IMG/VR virus record: IMGVR_UViG_3300038701_001713
From: a virus
Reading direction: 5' to 3' (one strand)
Length of the DNA: 64,000 bases
Shown: one piece after another, positions 48,786 to 56,612 of the stretch
Numbering within the stretch: the stretch's first letter is position 1
Layout: each line of letters begins with the position of its first letter
Program-made: the position numbers and the translations under genes
Notes under the pieces: model-generated
What the model saw: the letters and a program-made list of their open reading frames with translations, nothing else
Databases searched by the model: none
What the model was told of the DNA's origin: nothing

Positions 48786-49456
48786 AATATTTGATATATA
48801 TCTTTTCGGTTCATTGCAAACAACTTCTCTCCGAATGTATTAAATATTTCGTATTCTAATGTTATGTTCGCTGTTGCGTTAAATCTTACCTTATCGCCTA
48901 CTTTTAACTCTTCTTTGTCTTTGTATCCGTAGTCCCTATATTCTACACAGCTACCTAAATATCTTACAATTCCTTTTGTTGGGCTTTCTTTAACCATTTC
49001 GATTATGTTTCCGCCTAGGTTTTCGGGGGTTGGTTCTATTAATATTTTGCCATTAAGCGGGATGATTTTTTCTCCACGCTTTGCTACGTATAACTCATCG
49101 TATTTGATAAAGCAGTTATCTTCGTATTCTTTTCTTTGCTCATAACCCATCCATGAGAAATAAACATCGTCACCTACTTGTAGTTCTTGGTTGGTTTTAA
49201 ACCCTAAGCAAAGTGAGTTAAGTCTACCTAGTTCCATTTGCATGGATTGGTCTCTTGAGTTTCTACTACTGTATTTTAGTTTGTTTCTTAGTTCTTTGAC
49301 TTTATCTCCATACCAAATAAGTTTGTCGGGTACAGCAACTACAGTACCGTGTCTTGGATAAGTTTTGTTAGCTTGGTCCAAGTTAAGGTGTATGCTTCCA
49401 GCTTTTGTATTGGTTTCTGCTGGTTTAATTAAAACGTAGTTGTTTATTAACTTCAT
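48782..49456 (-). CDS. tandem two-domain GroES-like co-chaperonin
   Basis: NYVLIKP...HGTVVAVP...LQVGDDVYF and GKILIEP...KGIVRYLG...LKVGDKVRF. Confidence 0.7.
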   Translation of the reverse strand: MKLINNYVLIKPAETNTKAGSIHLNLDQANKTYPRHGTVVAVPDKLIWYGDKVKELRNKLKYSSRNSRDQSMQMELGRLNSLCLGFKTNQELQVGDDVYFSWMGYEQRKEYEDNCFIKYDELYVAKRGEKIIPLNGKILIEPTPENLGGNIIEMVKESPTKGIVRYLGSCVEYRDYGYKDKEELKVGDKVRFNATANITLEYEIFNTFGEKLFAMNRKDIYQIL

Positions 49457-49611
49457 AATACTACTTGTATTTTAATATTATTAACATAAACCCCGTAAGT
49501 TTTATGTTTCATACTTAATTCTTTAGAATTAGTGTGATGTGTAAATAAATCATCCGAAACTTCTTCTCCAATCCAAATTGGATACCCCCCATAATAAGCC
49601 CTGTAAATCAT
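49453..49611 (-). CDS. YGVY-family microprotein E1 (52 aa)
   Basis: MIYRAYYGGYPIWIGEEVSDDLFTHHTNSKELSMKHKTYGVYVNNIKIQVVL*. Confidence 0.75.
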   Translation of the reverse strand: MIYRAYYGGYPIWIGEEVSDDLFTHHTNSKELSMKHKTYGVYVNNIKIQVVL

Positions 49612-49790
49612 AATATGATTTGAATTTTCTTTGGAGCAATGTATGTACCGTAGAAATAATGAGTATAAGAAAAACGCGTATCGGACACTCTTGGATTTAC
49701 CGCCCCATTAAAGTTAAAATTATAAACAGTACACAAATAATCTTCAATTATATTCGGTCTTATTGGTTGGCGTTTACTAACAAATATCAT
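49608..49790 (-). CDS. YGVY-family microprotein E2 (60 aa)
   Basis: MIFVSK...VNPRVSDTRFSYTHYFYGTYIAPKKIQIIL*. Confidence 0.75.
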   Translation of the reverse strand: MIFVSKRQPIRPNIIEDYLCTVYNFNFNGAVNPRVSDTRFSYTHYFYGTYIAPKKIQIIL

Positions 49791-49945
49791 ATAACTATAC
49801 AAATTTTAACATTGTTAACATAAACACCATAAGTACTGTGTTTATTGCTTATCTCTTTGGAGCTAGTACGGTTTGTATATAAATAATCTGAAACATCATA
49901 ATCCATAAAAATTGGGTAGTAATCATATAATGCTCTGTAAATCAT
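49787..49945 (-). CDS. YGVY-family microprotein E3 (52 aa)
   Basis: MIYRALYDYYPIFMDYDVSDYLYTNRTSSKEISNKHSTYGVYVNNVKICIVI*. Confidence 0.75.
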   Translation of the reverse strand: MIYRALYDYYPIFMDYDVSDYLYTNRTSSKEISNKHSTYGVYVNNVKICIVI

Positions 49946-50184
49946 AATACGGCTATAATGTTTTCTTGTGGAACGCAAGTATATGTATTTCCGTTTTCAA
50001 TGTAAGATTGGAATGCACTGCTTCCATATATCACTTTGTCGCCCTCACTAACAGTGCATCCCTCTCCTACATCAATCACCAATCCAAACTTCTCTGATTT
50101 CCTATACGCCTCTGGGATTATGATGCTTCCAAAATTTTCTTTACTTACTATTTGAATAGTTATATGTCCAGCCGTTGTTTTCAT
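49942..50184 (-). CDS. groES: GroES co-chaperonin
   Basis: GSIIIPE...GLVIDVGEG..VSEGDKVIY...ENIIAVL. Confidence 0.8.
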   Translation of the reverse strand: MKTTAGHITIQIVSKENFGSIIIPEAYRKSEKFGLVIDVGEGCTVSEGDKVIYGSSAFQSYIENGNTYTCVPQENIIAVL

Positions 50185-50188
50185 TCGG

Positions 50189-50219
50189 CTAATATAAGAA
50201 CTTTGAAATTAAAAAGCAA
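50189..50219 (-). promoter_or_regulatory. promoter of morphogenesis operon, probably leaderless
   Basis: TTGC-N19-TATATTAG then 4 nt to ATG 50184. Confidence 0.6.
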
Positions 50220-50225
50220 CTATTA

Positions 50226-50819
50226 ATGAAATTTTTATTTACCTGTTATTACAGGGGTGCAAAAAAACGAAATAAGGAAATGGATAAATGCCTTAAAGAG
50301 AATTTAAAGGTGTTTGATACAATAGTATTGTTGGTTGATGACGGTTCAACTCCTCCAGTCAATGATAAGATAATTGTTCGGGAGTTTAAACATAGACCGA
50401 CATTCTCCGATTTTTTTAATACAGCAAGAGAATTTAATTGTGAGTATAGTGTGTTTGCCAACTCTGATATATTCTTTGATGATAGTGTATCTCACTTTTC
50501 GGACCTTAAAATAAGTGACGGGGTGCATGAATGTTATGCGCTTACTAGATGGGAGTATAAAAGCGGATTACAAGAAATGATATACGACAGTCAAGATGCT
50601 TGGGTGTTTAAAGATATATTCAAACCAACTTACTGTGATTATACCATGGGTAGGGCTGGATGTGATAATAGATTAGCTTATGAGCTTTCCAATGTAGGGT
50701 ATAAAGTAATAAACCCATCAAGTAAAATAAAGTGTTGGCATGTACACGATGAGAAACCTAGGAATTTTGATAACAAAGAGAGGGTTAAACCTCCGTATAA
50801 AATGGTAGAGATTGAATAA
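50226..50819 (+). CDS. glycosyltransferase-like protein
   Basis: FANSDIFFD, YALTRW, SQDAWVF, GRAGCDNRLA. Confidence 0.6.
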   Translation: MKFLFTCYYRGAKKRNKEMDKCLKENLKVFDTIVLLVDDGSTPPVNDKIIVREFKHRPTFSDFFNTAREFNCEYSVFANSDIFFDDSVSHFSDLKISDGVHECYALTRWEYKSGLQEMIYDSQDAWVFKDIFKPTYCDYTMGRAGCDNRLAYELSNVGYKVINPSSKIKCWHVHDEKPRNFDNKERVKPPYKMVEIE

Positions 50820-51717
50820 ATTATTGTATGTAGGACTTAATGCTGGTAACGGTGATGGGCTGCAAAGAGAGTTTGAGAAGAGATTTGATGTTAAGCACAT
50901 TAACACTAGTTTGAGGTGGAGAGAGGGTAAGGCTTTTTTTAACCAATTGATAATTGATGAATGCCAGTCGTTTAAGCCTGACTTGGTGTTTATGCAAATA
51001 CAGTGTGAGGATATTATATCTCCAGTTACCTTGACCCATATAAAGTGTAAGGTAGTTAATTGGACTGGTGATGTTAGGGATGAGGTGCCTAAATGGATGT
51101 TGGGATGTGCGCCTTATTGTGTATCTGCTTTTTCTAATTTAGATGATGTAGAACAAATGCGTTCTCTTGGTTTTAAAGCAGAGTATTTACAGATAGGTGT
51201 AGATGGTGATATATTCCATAATAAGCATGAGGGTATAGATGTTCCTGAAATAGTTTTTCTTGCCAATAATTGTGATGGTTTTGAGTTGTCGGATTACAGG
51301 CGTGAGCTGGTAGCTAAGATGAAAGAACACTTCAAAGAGCGATTTGGTGTGTACGGTTCGGGATGGGGTGACAGTTCAGGTGAGAACAACTCTAACCTAG
51401 AAGAGCAGGCTAAGATATACAACAGTTGTAAAATAGCTATTAACTGTTCCAATTACAACAAGAAGCGATATTCCTCCGATAGGTTGTACAGGATAACGGC
51501 TTCTGGTGCTTTTTGTCTATCGCATAATTATCCTCAAATCGAAGATGATTGGGGTGAGGAACTTCCTGTTTTTGTTAACGCATTTACACTTATACAGTTG
51601 TGTGAGTATTACTTGAAAAAGAATAAAGAAAGAAAGAAGTTGGCTAAAAAAGCAATGGAGAACGCTAGAGCTAATTTCTTATGGTCTAACTTCGTAGATA
51701 ACTTATTATGTCTATAA
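50812..51717 (+). CDS. CgeB-like GT-B glycosyltransferase
   Basis: VVNWTGD, IVFLAN, YNSCKIAIN, SDRLYRITASGAFCL. Confidence 0.75.
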   Translation: MNKLLYVGLNAGNGDGLQREFEKRFDVKHINTSLRWREGKAFFNQLIIDECQSFKPDLVFMQIQCEDIISPVTLTHIKCKVVNWTGDVRDEVPKWMLGCAPYCVSAFSNLDDVEQMRSLGFKAEYLQIGVDGDIFHNKHEGIDVPEIVFLANNCDGFELSDYRRELVAKMKEHFKERFGVYGSGWGDSSGENNSNLEEQAKIYNSCKIAINCSNYNKKRYSSDRLYRITASGAFCLSHNYPQIEDDWGEELPVFVNAFTLIQLCEYYLKKNKERKKLAKKAMENARANFLWSNFVDNLLCL

Positions 51718-52370
51718 AAGCATATTGCATATTACATTACGGTAAAGAGTATTTAGAAAGGGCTATTAAAGCCGTTGAGCCTTTGGTAGAAGAAATACAT
51801 ATTGTTTATACCTCCGTCCCTTCTCATGGAACTAGAGTAGATGTTGTTTGTCCAGATACTAGGGATGAACTAAAAGAAGTGGCAGAGAACGCTAGTGATT
51901 TGGTTGTCTGGCATGAAGGTGTTTGGAACGCAGAAGGAAACCATAGAGATGCCGCTATTAGTTTTTGCGGAGAGTGTGACCAAATAGTTGTTTTCGATGC
52001 CGATGAGGTGTGGGACACTAATGCCTTGGATAGATGTTTGAAAGAAGCTGCTAAGTTGGATGCTAGGAACATAGGTGTTTTGGGTTGGATTAACTTCTGG
52101 AGAGATGAAACCCACTATTGTGAAGATAGTTTTGCTCCTGTTCGTATAATTCAACCTAACAGGGCAAATACCCAATTTGATATATGGGGCAAGATATACC
52201 ATTATGGTTGTGCGCAGAACGCTGACATAATGCGCTACAAGTATTTAATCCATGGTCATAAGGATGAGATTAGACCTAATTGGTTGGACGAGGTGTATTT
52301 TTCAGATAGAATGGAAGATTTACATCCAGTAGCTATTGGACTTTGGAACGCTAAACCTTATACAGAATGA
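51708..52370 (+). CDS. GT2-like glycosyltransferase
   Basis: YLERAIKAV, EGNHRDAA, VFDADEVW DxD motif. Confidence 0.7.
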   Translation: MSIKAYCILHYGKEYLERAIKAVEPLVEEIHIVYTSVPSHGTRVDVVCPDTRDELKEVAENASDLVVWHEGVWNAEGNHRDAAISFCGECDQIVVFDADEVWDTNALDRCLKEAAKLDARNIGVLGWINFWRDETHYCEDSFAPVRIIQPNRANTQFDIWGKIYHYGCAQNADIMRYKYLIHGHKDEIRPNWLDEVYFSDRMEDLHPVAIGLWNAKPYTE

Positions 52371-52918
52371 ATGGACTTGTTATAGTTGAAGATAGGGATT
52401 TGGATTACCTTCAAAAAGTCATAGATAATCATGTAGAGAATACTGGGTGGGAATTATTTAAAATGGACTATCCTATTAACTCACTAGACGATTACAATAG
52501 ATTATTGACAAGTGTTGCATTTTGGAACATTGTTCCTTTTGATAAGTGCCTTATATTTCAACATGATAGTTGGTTGTTAAGGAAAGGTATTGATGAGTTT
52601 ATGGATTGGGATTATGTGGGTGCGCCATGGAATTTCCAAGAAGAAGGGGGTAACGGGGGTTTGTCATTACGCACTGTTTCCGTTATGAAGAAAATATGTG
52701 AGTCGGAAAAATGGGACGGAACTAATGAAGATATTTGGTTTTCAAAACATTTGCCTAAATACGGTAAGTTGGCACCACGAGATATTTGTGGTTCTTTTTC
52801 CGTAGAGTCCGTTTACTTTGAAAATCCTTTTGGGGTACATGCTCCTTGGAAGTATTTAACTAAGGGAGAATTAAATAGCTTAGGGATTCAACATCCTTGT
52901 AGTTTAAAGGCTACATAA
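52367..52918 (+). CDS. DUF5672-family (glycosyltransferase-like) protein
   Basis: LIFQHDSW, WDYVGAPW, GGNGGLSLR, NEDIWF, FSVES..FGVH. Confidence 0.75.
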   Translation: MNGLVIVEDRDLDYLQKVIDNHVENTGWELFKMDYPINSLDDYNRLLTSVAFWNIVPFDKCLIFQHDSWLLRKGIDEFMDWDYVGAPWNFQEEGGNGGLSLRTVSVMKKICESEKWDGTNEDIWFSKHLPKYGKLAPRDICGSFSVESVYFENPFGVHAPWKYLTKGELNSLGIQHPCSLKAT

Positions 52919-53025
52919 AGTCAAATATTTAATCTTAATGTTTGTTGTGGGCTACAATGCAGAAAGCGTATAACATCAAGGTTACACGCTTTCCGATTTC
53001 CTTCCTCCAAATGGTAGGACGAACT

Positions 53026-53057
53026 AAAAACCCCCTACGGCTCGCGCGGTAGAGGGT
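53026..53057 (-). terminator. terminator shared with 11291-11322
   Basis: Same hairpin with a compensatory pair change next to the GCGA loop. Confidence 0.75.
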
Positions 53058-53270
53058 AATACGTCAGCGATATCGCTGACTAAACAACTTATTTCTAAGT
53101 CGCGCCCCGCTCCACCTACATCAAAATCTTCTTGGGTTCGGTGGTTGCAGGGTTAAAGGTTAGGTCGCAACCAAGTTTATAAGTAGAGACAGGGGTTTCG
53201 CCTGCATTTGGATTTATTTAAGCTAGCTTCCACGTCCTAGTATATTAGACGACTCTATTAGGTTGCGACC
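53058..53270 (-). ncRNA. structured non-coding segment downstream of tRNA-like RNA 2
   Basis: 10-bp GGTCGCAACC/GGTTGCGACC stem (53163-53270) enclosing further hairpins; palindrome 53063-53080; no ORF. Confidence 0.5.
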
Positions 53271-53285
53271 ATTATCATTAAATAC

Positions 53286-53449
53286 ATTGGTGGGCAGGAT
53301 TCGATACCTGCAAACTGGAATAAGCTCCGTTTCCAAATCAGCTTTAGCTATTCACTAATCTTTGTGTCTCCCAGTATTTAGCATGTTTAGCGATACTTAT
53401 CGAACTGATATAGGTTCAAGACCGTCCAGAACGCTTCCGCCACCACCAA
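53286..53449 (-). ncRNA. tRNA-like RNA 2 (about 164 nt)
   Basis: Same acceptor TTGGTGG/CCACCAA and T stem GCAGG/CCTGC as RNA 1, unrelated longer interior; promoter TTTG-N20-TAGTTTTA at 53470-53501. Confidence 0.65.
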
Positions 53450-53552
53450 TGTAAAAGAACTTTCAATTGTAAAACTACAAATTATTTTCTATAGTTCCAA
53501 ATGTTTTTTACTTTATAGTGAGTTAATATTTCCGTATATTTGTTGTACTAGT

Positions 53553-53705
53553 ATGAATGATAGTAATACTAATAACGATAATGGGTCTAACACACAAACT
53601 CCTAAAGAAGATTTTGGAGAGGCTGATTTCTTAAACAACGTTCCATGTGAAACCCCAGTAAGGAGTTGTGATTTAGAAGAGGGATGTGAGAACTGTGGAA
53701 GCTAG
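53553..53705 (+). CDS. 50-aa acidic peptide with C-terminal CDLEEGCENCGS
   Basis: Hand-translated; TATATTTG box at 53535-53542. Confidence 0.55.
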   Translation: MNDSNTNNDNGSNTQTPKEDFGEADFLNNVPCETPVRSCDLEEGCENCGS

Positions 53706-53715
53706 AATATACAAT

Positions 53716-53862
53716 ATGCCAGAAGAAGGGCTTTCTAACTGGAAGGTCGATATTAATGGTATGTTTTTTTGTGGAGTAAAGGAAAAGAGGATTTGGAAAA
53801 TAGTAGGGATAACTTTGTTAAGTTGCCAAGGGGACTACATAATAATGGGGAAAATAGAATGA
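53716..53862 (+). CDS. small hypothetical protein (48 aa)
   Basis: MPEEGLSNW...MGKIE*, ATGA-coupled to next ORF. Confidence 0.45.
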   Translation: MPEEGLSNWKVDINGMFFCGVKEKRIWKIVGITLLSCQGDYIIMGKIE

Positions 53863-54035
53863 TATACGAATACGAAGAAGGAAAGTTTCATGTGATTATT
53901 GATGGGTTACCTTATCCGATACATCCAGAAGTTGCCAATATGATGATTGAGTTAATTACCGAGAATACTTCTAAAGAAGATATAATAAAAGACTTGACCG
54001 AAGGATTTGGTGAGTTGAGGATACATCCTAATTAA
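53859..54035 (+). CDS. small hypothetical protein (MIYEYEEG...)
   Basis: Internal start of track ORF 53769-54035. Confidence 0.5.
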   Translation: MIYEYEEGKFHVIIDGLPYPIHPEVANMMIELITENTSKEDIIKDLTEGFGELRIHPN

Positions 54036-54316
54036 TATTTCTCTTTGGATTTAAAAAGCTGTTGCATAGACTCGACTATCCTTTCAACAGAATAAGCTTG
54101 TACCTCCTGATTATCTTTATCTATAGATATATTACATAAAGAGTTTAGCCTCCAAGAAGGCGATTATATACATGTTTACACTAAAAATTTCCGACTTTTT
54201 ATTAACGCTGAACAAAATGAAGTTAGAATAACAAAGACTACAGAATGAACGTTATCCACAACAAATTAGTTTTTTAATTAAGTAGAAATGCCTACGTCAA
54301 TAAATACATTTGAACA

Positions 54317-54739
54317 ATGCTGGACACCAACTTAAGGTATCAACAACATTTAAAGATGCACCACATGTTCCCCGCAAAGGAAGGTGAGTGTGCTTGTGGT
54401 TGTGGGGTTAAACTTACAGGAAAGCAGAAGAAGTGGGCTTCACGTGAGTGTAACGATAATGCTTACAGAGGGTTTTCTATAGTAAAGGGAAACAACGGTA
54501 GTATTAGAGCGCAGGTGCTTGAGCGTGACGGGGGTTTCTGTGTCAGTTGTGGGGTTCATGATGAAAACTGGCAGGCTGACCACATAATACCCGTCTTTAT
54601 GGGTGGCGGTGCTTGTGATTTAGACAACTTCCAAACATTATGCGAAGATTGTCACAAAGAGCGTACTGCCCATCAAGCATCCCAGCGCAGCTTAATCTCT
54701 TCACATGCAGCGGAAAGGGCTGCAATATCACGTTTTTAG
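54317..54739 (+). CDS. HNH endonuclease (cassette cargo)
   Basis: CACGCG, CVSCG, ADHIIP..GGG..DLDNFQTLCEDCH. Confidence 0.85.
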   Translation: MLDTNLRYQQHLKMHHMFPAKEGECACGCGVKLTGKQKKWASRECNDNAYRGFSIVKGNNGSIRAQVLERDGGFCVSCGVHDENWQADHIIPVFMGGGACDLDNFQTLCEDCHKERTAHQASQRSLISSHAAERAAISRF

Positions 54740-55008
54740 ATAGGTTAAAAAACGTAAGCACATGGAAGAAGTTGGAGTTAATAAACAACACTAGCAAAGC
54801 GTTAAGATGCCATGATATAGAGTGGGAAGATGCTGGTGTGACAGAGGAAAGTTTCGGATTGAATAATGAGGAGCAGTTAGTAGATAAGCCTTACCAGTTC
54901 TCCATAACACAAAGCATGTATGGTAGGGTGCATGGTTTTTTTATCGAAGATATTTTTTTTATCAGGTGGATTGATAAAGATCACAATCTTTACGATAAAA
55001 AAGACTAA
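54640..55008 (+). CDS. RelE-like toxin homolog, probably N-terminally truncated/chimeric (cassette cargo)
   Basis: LRCHDIEW, YQFSI, YGRVHGFFIEDIFFIRWIDKDHNLY; start lies inside the HNH gene. Confidence 0.5.
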   Translation: MRRLSQRAYCPSSIPAQLNLFTCSGKGCNITFLDRLKNVSTWKKLELINNTSKALRCHDIEWEDAGVTEESFGLNNEEQLVDKPYQFSITQSMYGRVHGFFIEDIFFIRWIDKDHNLYDKKD

Positions 55009-55541
55009 CCTTCGATATACTTACTGTAATAAACCTTCATATCGTCCAATGAAATCACATTAACACATGGTGCATCAATAGATAAACCCTTTCTTGCATT
55101 CAACCAAGGGTCTTCTCTATGTGTTAATCTCTCTAACTCAAAACCCTCTTTAGGGAAGTAGAAATTTTCAATATCGTTTAGAAAATTTTGTTCATCATCG
55201 TTAAATGATTCTCTAAACATCTTTACCGTGTCCTCTCCTAAATCTTTTTGTATGGGTTTGTACCCAAAGTGCTTGTATTTATGGTAAAGGTCAGGTATAA
55301 CTGGCCCATGTACCCAAGCTTGAAAGTCTTTATCAAATAACTTCTCTTCAAACGCTGCATAGTACCAAGCTTGAAAGTAATACATCAGCTTTTGAAGTTT
55401 CAAATTGGATATGAAAGAACCACTCTCATTGCTTAACGCAATAAAGTAATTACTTACATCCTCGTATGATTGAAATTTTGCCATTTTCTCTCTTTCTAAT
55501 GATACAAACTTAGTTGTATTTACTGACACAACGCAAAACAT
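55005..55541 (-). CDS. Panacea (DUF4065/SocA-like) antitoxin (cassette cargo)
   Basis: ISNLKLQKLMYY, FQAWVHGPV..LY, LERLTHREDPW. Confidence 0.88.
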   Translation of the reverse strand: MFCVVSVNTTKFVSLEREKMAKFQSYEDVSNYFIALSNESGSFISNLKLQKLMYYFQAWYYAAFEEKLFDKDFQAWVHGPVIPDLYHKYKHFGYKPIQKDLGEDTVKMFRESFNDDEQNFLNDIENFYFPKEGFELERLTHREDPWLNARKGLSIDAPCVNVISLDDMKVYYSKYIEG

Positions 55542-56009
55542 TATAAGGAAATTCCATTAAGTATGTCCTTTTTAGTGTAAACATGTATATAATCGCCTCC
55601 AAGAAATATGCACTGCTTCATGTATAGCTGTTGAAATACTCTTATCGTAAAGTATGCAAACAACCCTTATTTCTTTTAATTCACCACAAGCATTCACTTC
55701 ACAAACAGTAGGCCGACCATCAAGTAGTTCTTCTACATAGTAATCACTACTGGCTCCATACAGCTTATTGAATACACTTGCTGTTTCTTTTATATCTTTG
55801 TAGTTTATTTGCCATATATCAACTATAAACTCTGTAGGAAGTAACTGGTGTTCTATTTTTTTAATCATTTACTACTAAAGTACTAATAACTATTTACAAT
55901 TACAACTTTCTTGAAAAAGAAACTATTGTGTTGTTTCTTTAGAAACCTATACCAGTATATCTGTCCACGCATAACTTTTTTTTTAATTAACAAAGTTAGT
56001 TTAATAATT

Positions 56010-56390
56010 ATTATAATACTAAACCTGCTTTGTTGAGCGAGGGAGTGGAATGTTTGATGCCTAAGAAAGTGTTGAACCCCCTATAATCCCCCTTTCGGGA
56101 AACTATAGGAGGTAACCTGCTTCGCGTCGCTCGGTCGTTACAGCCATCAGCCCAACAGAGGAAAGTGTTGTCATCCAAACCTGTTGTAGTGCTTTTTCTA
56201 TCGCCATACCGTCCCAAGGTCGTGGGCGAAGGGGGTACACATAAAACCCCCTGTTACAGTCTCTTATAGAGTTTGCAATGACCTGTCCACACCCTTTTGT
56301 CGAACCATCCTAGTCGTTTCATCTCCTCGAATCCACCAGTAGCCTAGGCATTTTAACATGACACCCAATACGACCAAAGTAAAGGGCAAA
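56010..56390. other. GC-richer, hairpin-rich non-coding region
   Basis: CCC-GAAA-GGG hairpin within CTATAG...CTATAG stem, GGGGG/CCCCC stem; no convincing ORF. Confidence 0.4.
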
Positions 56391-56503
56391 TAAAAACCCC
56401 GAACCTAGACGGAACGGGGTACAACTTCGGGAAGAAGATAGTTTAACTTAACTCAAGCATCGTTGTCTCAAGTAAATCGTACCACTTCTTCCCAAACTGT
56501 ACA
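56390..56503 (-). ncRNA. candidate sRNA or attenuator leader (about 110 nt)
   Basis: Promoter TTTG-N19-TACTTTTG (56508-56538), 9-bp GGGAAGAAG/CTTCTTCCC stem, then ACCCCG/CGGGGT plus T-run terminator. Confidence 0.5.
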
Positions 56504-56563
56504 ACTACAAAAGTAAAAAAACAAAACTAAAGTTCAAAACAATTAAACTTTTTTGTAAAAATA

Positions 56564-56594
56564 TTTGGAATTAAACAAAATAGTGTTAACTTAG
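56564..56594 (+). promoter_or_regulatory. promoter of plus-strand early region
   Basis: TTTG-N19-TAACTTAG. Confidence 0.65.
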
Positions 56595-56612
56595 CAAAGT
56601 AAAATTATAAAC

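Larger units (their letters stand above)
54159..55597. mobile_element. non-autonomous IS1595-like mobile insertion cassette (1439 bp)
   Basis: 29-bp perfect TIRs GGCGATTATATACATGTTTACACTAAAAA (54159-54187, 55569-55597); 8-bp TSD TCCAAGAA (54151-54158, 55598-55605); no transposase ORF. Confidence 0.9.
54032..55868 (-). pseudogene. HExxH metallopeptidase-like gene split by mobile cassette
   Basis: Removing the element and one TSD restores ...AIHEAVHISWRLNSLCNISIDKDNQEVQAYSVERIVESMQQLFKSKEKY*. Confidence 0.85.

Noticed and set aside
53286-53449. tmRNA
   Set aside because: Too short, lacks the G3:U70 alanine identity pair and CCA end, and no convincing tag reading frame.
53761-53770. T7 homopolymer as a frameshift or phase-variation site joining ORFs
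   Set aside because: The upstream 48-aa ORF reads through cleanly and ends in an ATGA overlap with the MIYEYEE start, so no frameshift is needed.
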